Virus record (IMG/VR): IMGVR_UViG_3300017783_000001
Strand: one strand, 5' to 3'
DNA: 64,000 nucleotides
Origin: a virus
Of this stretch, positions 27,193-35,598 are shown in pieces. The notes beneath the pieces were generated by a model, which had not been told where the DNA came from, ran no database searches, and saw nothing but the letters and a program-made list of their open reading frames with translations. A program made the position numbers and the translations under genes. Each line of letters opens with the position of its first letter. The stretch's first letter is position 1.

Positions 27193-30103
27193 ATTCTTTA
27201 AAAGATTGTACTTTCAATCTCTCCTCCATTTTTTTCACAGCGTCATTCAATTCTACTTGATATTCTTCTCCGTATCGTTTCTTATATTTATCAATAGTCT
27301 CACTTGAAGAAGCCCATTTCTGTATATCTTCTTGGTTTATTGTCTCTGGACTCGTTTCTGCACGCTGTCCTGGGGTTACTCTTTTAGTATGGTCTGCATA
27401 ATCTTTACCTATCTCGTAAGATTCTTTACCATACATTTGTTGATATTTCTTTGTATGTACACTAGTAGTTGTCTTTGCGTCTTTATCTCCTGGTGCAGCT
27501 TTGTAATCTTTATCATTATCTGATTTATTATATTTTTGTTTAGAAAAGTGTTTTGCTCTTTTTTCTTTTTCACCTTTCTTCATATCTTTGTAATACTTTT
27601 TAGGTTGTGTACCTTTTTTAGATTTTACATCTTTATCTTGTGGTAATTTCTTACCATATTCTTCATTCATTTTGACTTCCGTTTCTGATACTGCTTCAAA
27701 ACCATAGTCTACATTTAAATTAATTTCGTGTAATTTAGTTTCATCTATGTTAGTCTGTGGAATACAATTCCATATCCAACATTTATGTAAGTTAGAATTA
27801 TTGTCTTCTAATACAACATAGTTTGTACTTCTACGAATTACTTTACCTGTAATCTCTTGTTCTTGGTCTTCAACACTATCGTTTATGTTAAATAGTTGTT
27901 CACGGATATACAAGTCTCTTAAATGCCATTTAGTAAAGCTTTCAACACTAGCGATAGGTTGATATGTTCCGATACCTGGTCCAGTATAACCTGCAGCCAA
28001 GTTCATTCCTTTTCTAATTAATCCAAATAGTTTATCTTTATCTCTAAAAGATGTAGGTAGACCTTGTTTAAAAGATTTAAGGTCATTAGATTGAGCCGCA
28101 GCTCTCATTTTACTTGCTGACATTCCCATAGCGCCTTCAGCGTCTGGGTCTCTTTCGCCAGCAGATACGATATTGATTTTATCAAACTCGTAATTTGTTC
28201 CTCTTGCTTGTACACCGTTGTACTTGTTTAGTAGTGTTTCAAATTCTCTTACTCTATCTGAACCAACTACCATTGTTATTTCGTTTGCTTTGCCATTTAA
28301 TTTATTAACAACTTCAATTGCTGTTCTAGCACCAGTAATTTGTTTTATCTTACTTGCGTGTCTAGGAAACATAGATTTCATAACTCTAATCTTGTCGTTA
28401 ACTTTTAATGGATTTTTCTTTGGGTCTTGCGAACCACTTGGCACAATGAGATAATCATTAGCACCTACAGACGCCACTTTGTTAATTAACTTTTCGTGGC
28501 CTATCGTTGGTGGATTAAATCTACCAAATGTAAATGCGATATGTTTTTTAGGTGTGCCTACTGCTTCAGTTTTTAGACTATCAATTTCTTTATCGGTAAC
28601 TATACCGTCATCTAAAATCTTCTTGCACTTCTTAAAGAAAGTAATGTAATGATATTTCTCTAACATCTTATAGATTACATTTTTAGGTAATCTGTTTTTA
28701 ATACTATACTTTCTGATTTCGTCTGGCGACATATCTGTATCAAACGCACTTCTTCTTTCTGCGTCAACACCGTCACCAATCTTTATTATGTCCTCTATAT
28801 CAGTTTCTATTTCTTCTAACTTACTCTCTACTCTTGCTTGTAAGTTTTCTATATCGTCAGGACTTAATTCTTTTAATTCGTCATAGTCAACAATGTCTCT
28901 TTTTAGTTCACCTTTGACTACATCTATTTCTTGTACTTTCTTATTGAAGTCAGCAATATAATCATCAACATTAAAAGTAAAATCTTCAGGTCTTTTAACA
29001 AATACATTTCTTGTAATTGAAAATACTGCGTCTGCTTTTTTCTCTTGGTCTTTATATGTTGCTTCATCGGTTACAAAATAATAGTTAATAGGATGTTTTG
29101 TACCAGGTATTAATTTACCTTGTATGTTATTTGGATTCTTTGATGAAAGATATTGTAAAGATAGTCTTTCTCTTTCTGCAACTCTTTCACTTTCAGGTAC
29201 ATCAAATAATACATTGATGTCTAGGTCTGCGTCATTTCTATATCTATGTGTTAGAATAGAACCAATCAAACCATACTTAATAACTGGAAATTCTTTTTCA
29301 AATACTTTGATTTGGTCTTGTATTTGTTTTACTACACTTGCTTTTATTTTAGGATTATTTGTATCTGCATTATCAAATACAGCAGGTGCATATGTTTTTC
29401 TAGGAATGTCAATAATACTTTCCTGAATATCTACCATATTGATTAACTTATCTGCAATCTTTACAGACATTGTATGGTCAGATGGATAGTGCCAACCTGC
29501 AACAACTCTACCATAACCACATTCATCAGCAAGTTCTATTAGATTATCTTTATGTTTAGGATATAATTTACCATAGTATTCTGCAATTAGTCTACTTTGT
29601 AAACTATGACCAGATGGATATGCTGGTGTCTTCATACTATCAGAAATTAATTCCATACTATCAAAATCCATATTCATTTCTTTTGCAAGTTCATATGGTC
29701 TTGGTCTTTGAAATTTGTTTTTGTAATGTCTAACTACACCACTACCTGCTTTCTTTAATTCAGATATATCTTTCTTATCATATTCTAAATTATATTTCAT
29801 TAGGTATGCTTCAATACCATAAAATGTTTCTTGGTCGTGGTTCTTTACGCTTTCTACAACTGCACTATTTCTTTGTTTAAATAGTTCAGTCATCATTTCT
29901 AATTCTCTTTTAGTTTCAGGACTATCATTTTCAGAAGGTGCTTTAACATCTATTTTTTTCCAGTCACCAACAATATTCTGTACAGGTTTGTTGTCAACTT
30001 TAGGGTGTGTTAAATCATTCAAGTCTTCTGCTACAGACTTGCACTTCTTTAATAGTTCTTTAACATAGTCCATTCTATGTTTCTTTTGAAAATTATCTGG
30101 CAT
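27179..30103 (-). CDS. Multidomain enzyme: PAP2 phosphatase + Pol-beta-type nucleotidyltransferase + HxGH cytidylyltransferase/NMNAT-like domain + basic C-terminal modules
   Basis: KNKFQRPRP / YPSGHS / GRVVAGWHYPSD; IGSILT...DADLD; FGRFNPPTIGH, VGSDR, MSASKMR. Confidence 0.85.
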   Translation of the reverse strand: MPDNFQKKHRMDYVKELLKKCKSVAEDLNDLTHPKVDNKPVQNIVGDWKKIDVKAPSENDSPETKRELEMMTELFKQRNSAVVESVKNHDQETFYGIEAYLMKYNLEYDKKDISELKKAGSGVVRHYKNKFQRPRPYELAKEMNMDFDSMELISDSMKTPAYPSGHSLQSRLIAEYYGKLYPKHKDNLIELADECGYGRVVAGWHYPSDHTMSVKIADKLINMVDIQESIIDIPRKTYAPAVFDNADTNNPKIKASVVKQIQDQIKVFEKEFPVIKYGLIGSILTHRYRNDADLDINVLFDVPESERVAERERLSLQYLSSKNPNNIQGKLIPGTKHPINYYFVTDEATYKDQEKKADAVFSITRNVFVKRPEDFTFNVDDYIADFNKKVQEIDVVKGELKRDIVDYDELKELSPDDIENLQARVESKLEEIETDIEDIIKIGDGVDAERRSAFDTDMSPDEIRKYSIKNRLPKNVIYKMLEKYHYITFFKKCKKILDDGIVTDKEIDSLKTEAVGTPKKHIAFTFGRFNPPTIGHEKLINKVASVGANDYLIVPSGSQDPKKNPLKVNDKIRVMKSMFPRHASKIKQITGARTAIEVVNKLNGKANEITMVVGSDRVREFETLLNKYNGVQARGTNYEFDKINIVSAGERDPDAEGAMGMSASKMRAAAQSNDLKSFKQGLPTSFRDKDKLFGLIRKGMNLAAGYTGPGIGTYQPIASVESFTKWHLRDLYIREQLFNINDSVEDQEQEITGKVIRRSTNYVVLEDNNSNLHKCWIWNCIPQTNIDETKLHEINLNVDYGFEAVSETEVKMNEEYGKKLPQDKDVKSKKGTQPKKYYKDMKKGEKEKRAKHFSKQKYNKSDNDKDYKAAPGDKDAKTTTSVHTKKYQQMYGKESYEIGKDYADHTKRVTPGQRAETSPETINQEDIQKWASSSETIDKYKKRYGEEYQVELNDAVKKMEERLKVQSFKEYVKI

Positions 30104-30767
30104 TTCTTTTCTTCGCTAGTTCTTGTTCTATCCATTTCTTTGCGACATAATTTTGAACAGGTTTTCTAACGAGTCCTCTAATTCGTGTGTAAACTTTGTT
30201 AAGTGTATCTTCACTTGCATTATTATTATCAACTACAATCATACTACCAGTACCAAATAGATTTTGAAATCTACCTATATTACTTTGTACAACATTCCAA
30301 CTCTTCGTTGCAATATTTACAGGCACGGTTCTAGTTCTAACTTTGTTTCTTTGTAATGCAACTTCTAAACTTGTATTTACAAACATCATATAAGTATCGT
30401 AACCTAACATTCTTAACATACTTCTTTGTTTATTAATAATATCATAGTCTCTACCTGTGGCGTCAATGACAAGACCTAATCTATTTCTAATATATAAGTC
30501 CATCTGGTCGCCTGTAATTTGTTTTGCTCTCGCTCTTAATGGGTCTCTTTGACCTGCTTCTTTATCTGGCATTTTTAATGAGAGACCTGCCTTCTTTAAA
30601 TACATTTCAAATCTGACATCTGAATTAACTAATTTTAAACCCATACCAGCAGTTGTTCTATTGGTAACATATGACTTACCAGAACCAGGACCACCTGCTA
30701 AAAAGAACGCTTTGAATATACCTGGGTCGTAAACGCCTTCTTGTATTATGTGTTTAAAAGTTTTCAT
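30093..30767 (-). CDS. P-loop kinase (AAA_33 / zeta-toxin / polynucleotide-kinase-like)
   Basis: GGPGSGKS, NSD, LVIDATG, ALQRNKVR.R lid; N-terminus MKTFKHIIQE. Confidence 0.8.
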   Translation of the reverse strand: MKTFKHIIQEGVYDPGIFKAFFLAGGPGSGKSYVTNRTTAGMGLKLVNSDVRFEMYLKKAGLSLKMPDKEAGQRDPLRARAKQITGDQMDLYIRNRLGLVIDATGRDYDIINKQRSMLRMLGYDTYMMFVNTSLEVALQRNKVRTRTVPVNIATKSWNVVQSNIGRFQNLFGTGSMIVVDNNNASEDTLNKVYTRIRGLVRKPVQNYVAKKWIEQELAKKRNAR

Positions 30768-31060
30768 ACTTTGTATAGAGTATACTTTAAAGTTAACTCT
30801 TCTCCTTCTTTTATATCTTCTAGTGTTTGTACATAATATTTTCCATCAACTTCTATCTTTTGACAATTAGGTTTATCACTATGATTTAAAAAACCACCAA
30901 GTGGTGTTCTATAAATTTCTCTACCCATAGTCAAATGAGAGATACCTAAATCTGTCATCTTATCAATTGTTGCTGTTGCAAATAAACCAAAACCTTCTAT
31001 TGGCGATAACTTTATTGTTATATTATCAGGTAAAGGTCTATACTTATCTGTCATCTCCAC
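30764..31060 (-). CDS. Minimal SET-domain methyltransferase
   Basis: GFGLFA, FLNHSDKPNC, DIKEGEELTLKY. Confidence 0.85.
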   Translation of the reverse strand: MEMTDKYRPLPDNITIKLSPIEGFGLFATATIDKMTDLGISHLTMGREIYRTPLGGFLNHSDKPNCQKIEVDGKYYVQTLEDIKEGEELTLKYTLYKV

Positions 31061-31361
31061 TACCTTGTATTTTGTTTCTTTCTTGTCTATCTTTTAATTT
31101 TTGTAAATTTAATTGTGCGATTGTATCTAAATCAATATCTAAATCTCTCGCAAGTGCTGATATGTACCATAACACATCACCTAATTCTTTTTTCATATCT
31201 TCTTTAAATGTAGGACTTGCACCGTCTCTAATATTCTTTTTAACTTTTTCTGCGACTTCACCTGCTTCACCACATAATCCTAATGCAGGATAAGTTACCT
31301 TACTTGCAAGTGGATAAATTGCTGTGTTTGCAGCTAGAGTTTGGTATTCATTAAATTGCAT
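31044..31361 (-). CDS. mazG: MazG-like NTP pyrophosphohydrolase
   Basis: LGLCGEAGEVAEKVKK, KELGDVLWY. Confidence 0.9.
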   Translation of the reverse strand: MQFNEYQTLAANTAIYPLASKVTYPALGLCGEAGEVAEKVKKNIRDGASPTFKEDMKKELGDVLWYISALARDLDIDLDTIAQLNLQKLKDRQERNKIQGSGDDR

Positions 31362-31950
31362 TTTCTATCTCCTTAATAATGTCTTTCGCAATATCTCCAG
31401 GTTCTTTTCCTTCAGCTTTGATAGATATAAACCCAGGTCTTTTTTTGTAATGTTCAATGGCAGGTCCTGTTTCTTTTTTGTATAACTGGATTCTATCATT
31501 AATAATATCTGGCTTATCATCTTTTCTTCCTCTCTTTGTAAGTCTTCTAATAACTTCTTCATTACTCACATCAAGGAATACAACAACATCATAAGCGATA
31601 CCATTTTTTTCCATATCTCTTACTTGTTGCATATATCTAGGATAACCATCTAACACATAACCTTTTGAAGCGTCTTTCTCTTGTAATGCTTTCTTCACTA
31701 ATTTTAAAACTATATCGTTAGGTGCAAACTTACCTTGGTCTAATAAGTTCTTAATCTTTTGTCCTTCAGGACCACCTTTATCAATTTCTTTTCTTAATAA
31801 ACCACCTGGGTAAATATGTTTGATACCAAAGTGTCTTATAATGTATTCACTATAAGTTGATTTACCACTTCCTGGTCCACCCATTATAATAACTCTAGTT
31901 TGTTTTGCTTCGTTCAAAAAATTGAATAGATATTGTTTAAATGTATCCAT
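31351..31950 (-). CDS. adk: Adenylate kinase
   Basis: GGPGSGKST, LDGYPR, RGRKDD; N-terminus MDTFKQYLFNFLNE. Confidence 0.88.
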   Translation of the reverse strand: MDTFKQYLFNFLNEAKQTRVIIMGGPGSGKSTYSEYIIRHFGIKHIYPGGLLRKEIDKGGPEGQKIKNLLDQGKFAPNDIVLKLVKKALQEKDASKGYVLDGYPRYMQQVRDMEKNGIAYDVVVFLDVSNEEVIRRLTKRGRKDDKPDIINDRIQLYKKETGPAIEHYKKRPGFISIKAEGKEPGDIAKDIIKEIENAI

Positions 31951-31951
31951 A

Positions 31952-33166
31952 CTAACCTTTCACCCAATCTTTTGCAATCGTAAAGTTTGCTCTACTAAAT
32001 TCTAATCTGTCTACAAGTTTAACTACATTACCAATCTTATCTGTTGCAACATAACCTTCAGGTGATGTTACCTTAAAACCATTATCGGTTTTTAAAAAGT
32101 GTCCGATAGATTGTATCTGTGCTATTTTTCTTACTACAATGTTTTTGCAATTCTGTAATGTGATGTATGTTGCAATTGCGAAATATAAAGATTGTTTATT
32201 TCTTTGAATAAATTTTATGTTATCTGCTTTTGCTTTAATATAAGGTGCTTTACCTTTTTCTGTTTTTCTATTATCTATTTCTTTGTCAATGAAACTTGTA
32301 TAGTATGGTTCAAAACCATCTACTAGTTGTTTAACACTACCCATACCTTGTGTACCTCTAACGATACTATTGAAATATGTTTTAATTTTAAAACCTACAC
32401 TTAACTCGTCTCTACTATCAAACTGATTTAACATAGGTCCTGCTTTAGATAAACTACCTTGTGCCATTCTTAACTGAGCATTGAATTGTGAAACTTCAGC
32501 ACGATTGAAACTTGCACTACCACTAGCGTCTTTGTATTCTGCACTTGGTACCCATACACTACCACTTCTGATTCCTCTAACATATCCAAAGTTAGCATTT
32601 AATTCTGACATTTTATTACCAACATATTGAGTATGAAACACTATGCCCATTCTAGCACGAGCAATCTTACGACCGACAGCACTATTAACAGGCATAGCAT
32701 ATGTTATAGTATTAGGAGTAAAGGTAATCATTGATTGTCCGTCAATGTTATTCACTTTCTTATCTTCATTAGTAAAGAGACAATCACCTTGGACAATGCC
32801 TCTTATACCTAATTTTTTCAATTCTCTTAATGCAACTTCTAATTTTGCACCAACACCACCTGGGTGATTTCTTCTTATGTCTGCTGAAGTGTAATTGATT
32901 TTAGGAGTTTTATTGAATACAGATTTTGTACCGACAAAGAATTTGCCGTTTTCAGGATTAGTTCCACATACTATCGCAGGAGCGCCGTCCCACTTAACGG
33001 TTACATTTACTCTATTGCTAACATTACCTGTTAACATTTTCTGCAAAGATTGTAAGAACGCTATTGCGTTTCTACCGCCTTTGGCACCGTTATTAATTAT
33101 TTCGTCTTCTAAATGCTCAAGGTGTGTGTTCGTACCCGAGCTAGAATATCCTTTAAAACTAAACAT
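31952..33166 (-). CDS. DUF6267-like protein with RNA-ligase/covalent nucleotidyltransferase motifs
   Basis: HLEHLED, KWDG (motif I), QGD, EGYV (motif IV), VKLV (motif V). Confidence 0.7.
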   Translation of the reverse strand: MFSFKGYSSSGTNTHLEHLEDEIINNGAKGGRNAIAFLQSLQKMLTGNVSNRVNVTVKWDGAPAIVCGTNPENGKFFVGTKSVFNKTPKINYTSADIRRNHPGGVGAKLEVALRELKKLGIRGIVQGDCLFTNEDKKVNNIDGQSMITFTPNTITYAMPVNSAVGRKIARARMGIVFHTQYVGNKMSELNANFGYVRGIRSGSVWVPSAEYKDASGSASFNRAEVSQFNAQLRMAQGSLSKAGPMLNQFDSRDELSVGFKIKTYFNSIVRGTQGMGSVKQLVDGFEPYYTSFIDKEIDNRKTEKGKAPYIKAKADNIKFIQRNKQSLYFAIATYITLQNCKNIVVRKIAQIQSIGHFLKTDNGFKVTSPEGYVATDKIGNVVKLVDRLEFSRANFTIAKDWVKG

Positions 33167-33236
33167 TTTTGTCCTTCATTTTTTCCATATACAAATAAAC
33201 TATCCATTAATATAAATCTTCACTTCGTTGTGCTAC

Positions 33237-33244
33237 TATTTATA
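33237..33244 (-). promoter_or_regulatory. T4-type late promoter heading the 33.2 to 24 kb block
   Basis: TATAAATA. Confidence 0.75.
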
Positions 33245-33248
33245 AGTC

Positions 33249-34667
33249 TTATGACACCTTAACAAAGAAAGAAGATAAATCAGTACTAGAAGCTGCGTAT
33301 TTTATAATATCCGTACATACATTATTTCTTTGTGTTGATGTTGCACTCATCATAGTATCTAAAAATAGTAGACACATATTCTTACTGAATATAAAACTAC
33401 CACCTTTATCTAAACATTGTTTGATAAACGGTTTAACATCTACTGGATTCTTCGCATACTTCTTATATAGGACATACATATCATTTAACTTGACTTGACT
33501 ACTTGGTGTTTCTTTCCAACCAGATAATAAGCCTTGTGAACCTATAGATTTTCGTATGTGTTTCTCACAATAGAAATTTAAATTACCACCACCGATTTTA
33601 CCACCGGCAGCACTCAATCCTTTTATCTCTCCTTGCCAAGATGAAGAAGAGTTAAATGCTCTAAACTGAACATTCGCACTACCCATATTCATATACATAT
33701 CAATTGAAGAAAAGAAATCGTTATTTTTTCCAAATACATAATTCTTATAAGCGTGTGATACTAACTTCACTCTTTCAGGAGCATTGTACTCTTCTAACTT
33801 AACGGTACTACCTAATTTCTTTAGAGAGATACCTAGTAAGAAAGTTCTAGGAGTATTTAATCTACCTGCTTTGTCTAATACTGCTTGATTTAGTATTCCC
33901 CAATCTTGCTTAAACATTGCAAGAGGATCCGAACCTGGTGTCATTGTAGTCATCCATATATCACCTGGATTCCATTTATCATCTGAAAAACTACCTGGTG
34001 CTAATGGTGCTCTACCATCTTTCTGTGCCATTTGTTTATCTATTTTTATTACTTCTTTTTTAGCTGCATATACTTTACCCATAAAAGTACTGCCTCTATG
34101 AAAGTAAACACCACCTGTAACCTTTGATGAATACTTTTTATAAATTTCGTTTGCTGTTTTTATAAATGTACCACTTTCAATCCAATCTGATGGTACTCTA
34201 TCTTTAAATGCTGTATAAGCAACGGTAGCCTGTACATAACGAGAAGCCTTTTCCATATTGGCGTCTGTAATGTCTGATAACTTTAGTGGACCTTTTTTAA
34301 CATTAAATGCTAATGAACAATAATAACATTGTCCACTTTCAGTAATTGCGGTCACAGCTGCACCACCACCTGAACCACCTCCACCACCAAATAGTGGTGA
34401 CTTATAAATTTGTGTAAGAGATATTTCTTCTATCTTACTTCCTGTAGAAGATTTGACTTGAATAACACAAGGCCAAGCATTAGGTTTTGATACAATTGCG
34501 ATACCTTCTAGTTTACGACCACTAGATGTTTTACCTTCAACAAATCTTTCTTTGTTGTTAATCATTAATTGTACAATTTCAAAACGAGACTTACCAGCAT
34601 ACTTACCATTCTTGGCTGCATATGGTTTATTATCTCTTATAAAATCGTTCTTCGTAAAAACTGCCAT
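33249..34667 (-). CDS. PD-(D/E)xK restriction-endonuclease-like protein
   Basis: TESGQC helix, KWNPGDIW, LGISLKK. Confidence 0.6.
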   Translation of the reverse strand: MAVFTKNDFIRDNKPYAAKNGKYAGKSRFEIVQLMINNKERFVEGKTSSGRKLEGIAIVSKPNAWPCVIQVKSSTGSKIEEISLTQIYKSPLFGGGGGSGGGAAVTAITESGQCYYCSLAFNVKKGPLKLSDITDANMEKASRYVQATVAYTAFKDRVPSDWIESGTFIKTANEIYKKYSSKVTGGVYFHRGSTFMGKVYAAKKEVIKIDKQMAQKDGRAPLAPGSFSDDKWNPGDIWMTTMTPGSDPLAMFKQDWGILNQAVLDKAGRLNTPRTFLLGISLKKLGSTVKLEEYNAPERVKLVSHAYKNYVFGKNNDFFSSIDMYMNMGSANVQFRAFNSSSSWQGEIKGLSAAGGKIGGGNLNFYCEKHIRKSIGSQGLLSGWKETPSSQVKLNDMYVLYKKYAKNPVDVKPFIKQCLDKGGSFIFSKNMCLLFLDTMMSATSTQRNNVCTDIIKYAASSTDLSSFFVKVS

Positions 34668-34695
34668 TGTTAATTCTCCATTTATATTCTCTCTT

Positions 34696-34724
34696 ATACT
34701 ACTACATATTTATTGATTTGTCAA
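34696..34724 (-). promoter_or_regulatory. Sigma70-type promoter immediately after tRNA-Arg
   Basis: GCTTGACA-N17-TAGTAT. Confidence 0.65.
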
Positions 34725-34726
34725 GC

Positions 34727-34803
34727 TGGCGACCTCGGCAGGACTTGAACCTGCAACATCCAGTTTAGAAGACTGGTGCTCTATCCAGTTGAGCTACGAG
34801 GCC
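34727..34803 (-). tRNA. tRNA-Arg(UCU)
   Basis: GGCCTCG/CGAGGTC acceptor stem, CCAGT-CTTCTAA-ACTGG anticodon arm, GTTCAAGTC T-loop, encoded CCA. Confidence 0.95.
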
Positions 34804-34814
34804 ATACTCCAGAT

Positions 34815-34899
34815 TGGTGCCACCGACCGGACTTGAACCGGTAAGGATTACTCCGACGGATTTTAAGTCCGTTGTGTTTACCAATTTCACCACGGTGGC
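34815..34899 (-). tRNA. tRNA-Leu(UAA)
   Basis: GCCACCG/CGGTGGC acceptor stem, ACGGA-CTTAAAA-TCCGT anticodon arm, long variable arm, encoded CCA. Confidence 0.95.
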
Positions 34900-34907
34900 G
34901 AAACTGA

Positions 34908-35210
34908 TTAAGCGGCTATTGTTTGTTGTGCGATAACCATATCAACTGCCTTTTCCCATAGTTTAGTTGCACCGTCATAAGTGTCAAAACCTTCTTCATC
35001 TGCAAAGTCCATAGTTGAAGAAGACATAACACCGTCAATAGGCATTGTATGATTGGTAATGATTTTAGCGATAGTCTCTACTTTCGCTGTGTTGTAGATA
35101 AGACCTTGTTCGGTAGTTATTTCAAGTTCACCATTGTTAGCAGACAAGAAATTGATTGGGTCGTTTGAGTTAGTGTTTGGAAAATTCATAGTATATCCTT
35201 CTTTCATCAT
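34908..35210 (-). CDS. Hypothetical protein
   Basis: Probable start MNFPNT; SSTMDF motif. Confidence 0.7.
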   Translation of the reverse strand: MMKEGYTMNFPNTNSNDPINFLSANNGELEITTEQGLIYNTAKVETIAKIITNHTMPIDGVMSSSTMDFADEEGFDTYDGATKLWEKAVDMVIAQQTIAA

Positions 35211-35223
35211 TGATTATGTATAT

Positions 35224-35266
35224 ACTATAACACACGCATAGCGTAGTGTCAAGCAAAAAACGAGCA
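35224..35266 (-). promoter_or_regulatory. Sigma70 promoter with TGCTC box (drives the ORF and tRNAs)
   Basis: TGCTC-N7-GCTTGACA-N17-TATAGT. Confidence 0.8.
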
Positions 35267-35286
35267 AAAAGTAAAAAAAAATGAAT

Positions 35287-35598
35287 TTATTTTGGTTGCA
35301 TTTCACAAAGAAAATGAGGTATGCCTCCGTTAACTTCCCATACTCTTTCTTTATTCTGAAATCTAACTAGTGACCTAGCATCCTTTTCAAAAAAGAAGTC
35401 TTTGACAATAACATTAGTAGGTTTTTCTATTACTCTCCAGTAAATCTTACCTCTCTTCTTAATCATTGTCTTTGTGTAGTGTAGTTTTTCGCCAGGCTCT
35501 AACCGTCTACTTTGTTTTTGTTTTGTTGGTTTTGTATTTTTTCTAGGCATAAGTTTATACTTTAAAATCTGAAAATTTGTCGTAAGGGTCTTCAGCAA
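35287..35598 (-). CDS. Conserved hypothetical protein
   Basis: Probable start MPRKN; GGIPHFL C-terminus. Confidence 0.65.
   Translation of the reverse strand: MLKTLTTNFQILKYKLMPRKNTKPTKQKQSRRLEPGEKLHYTKTMIKKRGKIYWRVIEKPTNVIVKDFFFEKDARSLVRFQNKERVWEVNGGIPHFLCEMQPK

Noticed and set aside
30764-31060. SET gene as eukaryotic contamination
   Set aside because: Overlaps both phage neighbours and has the same base composition
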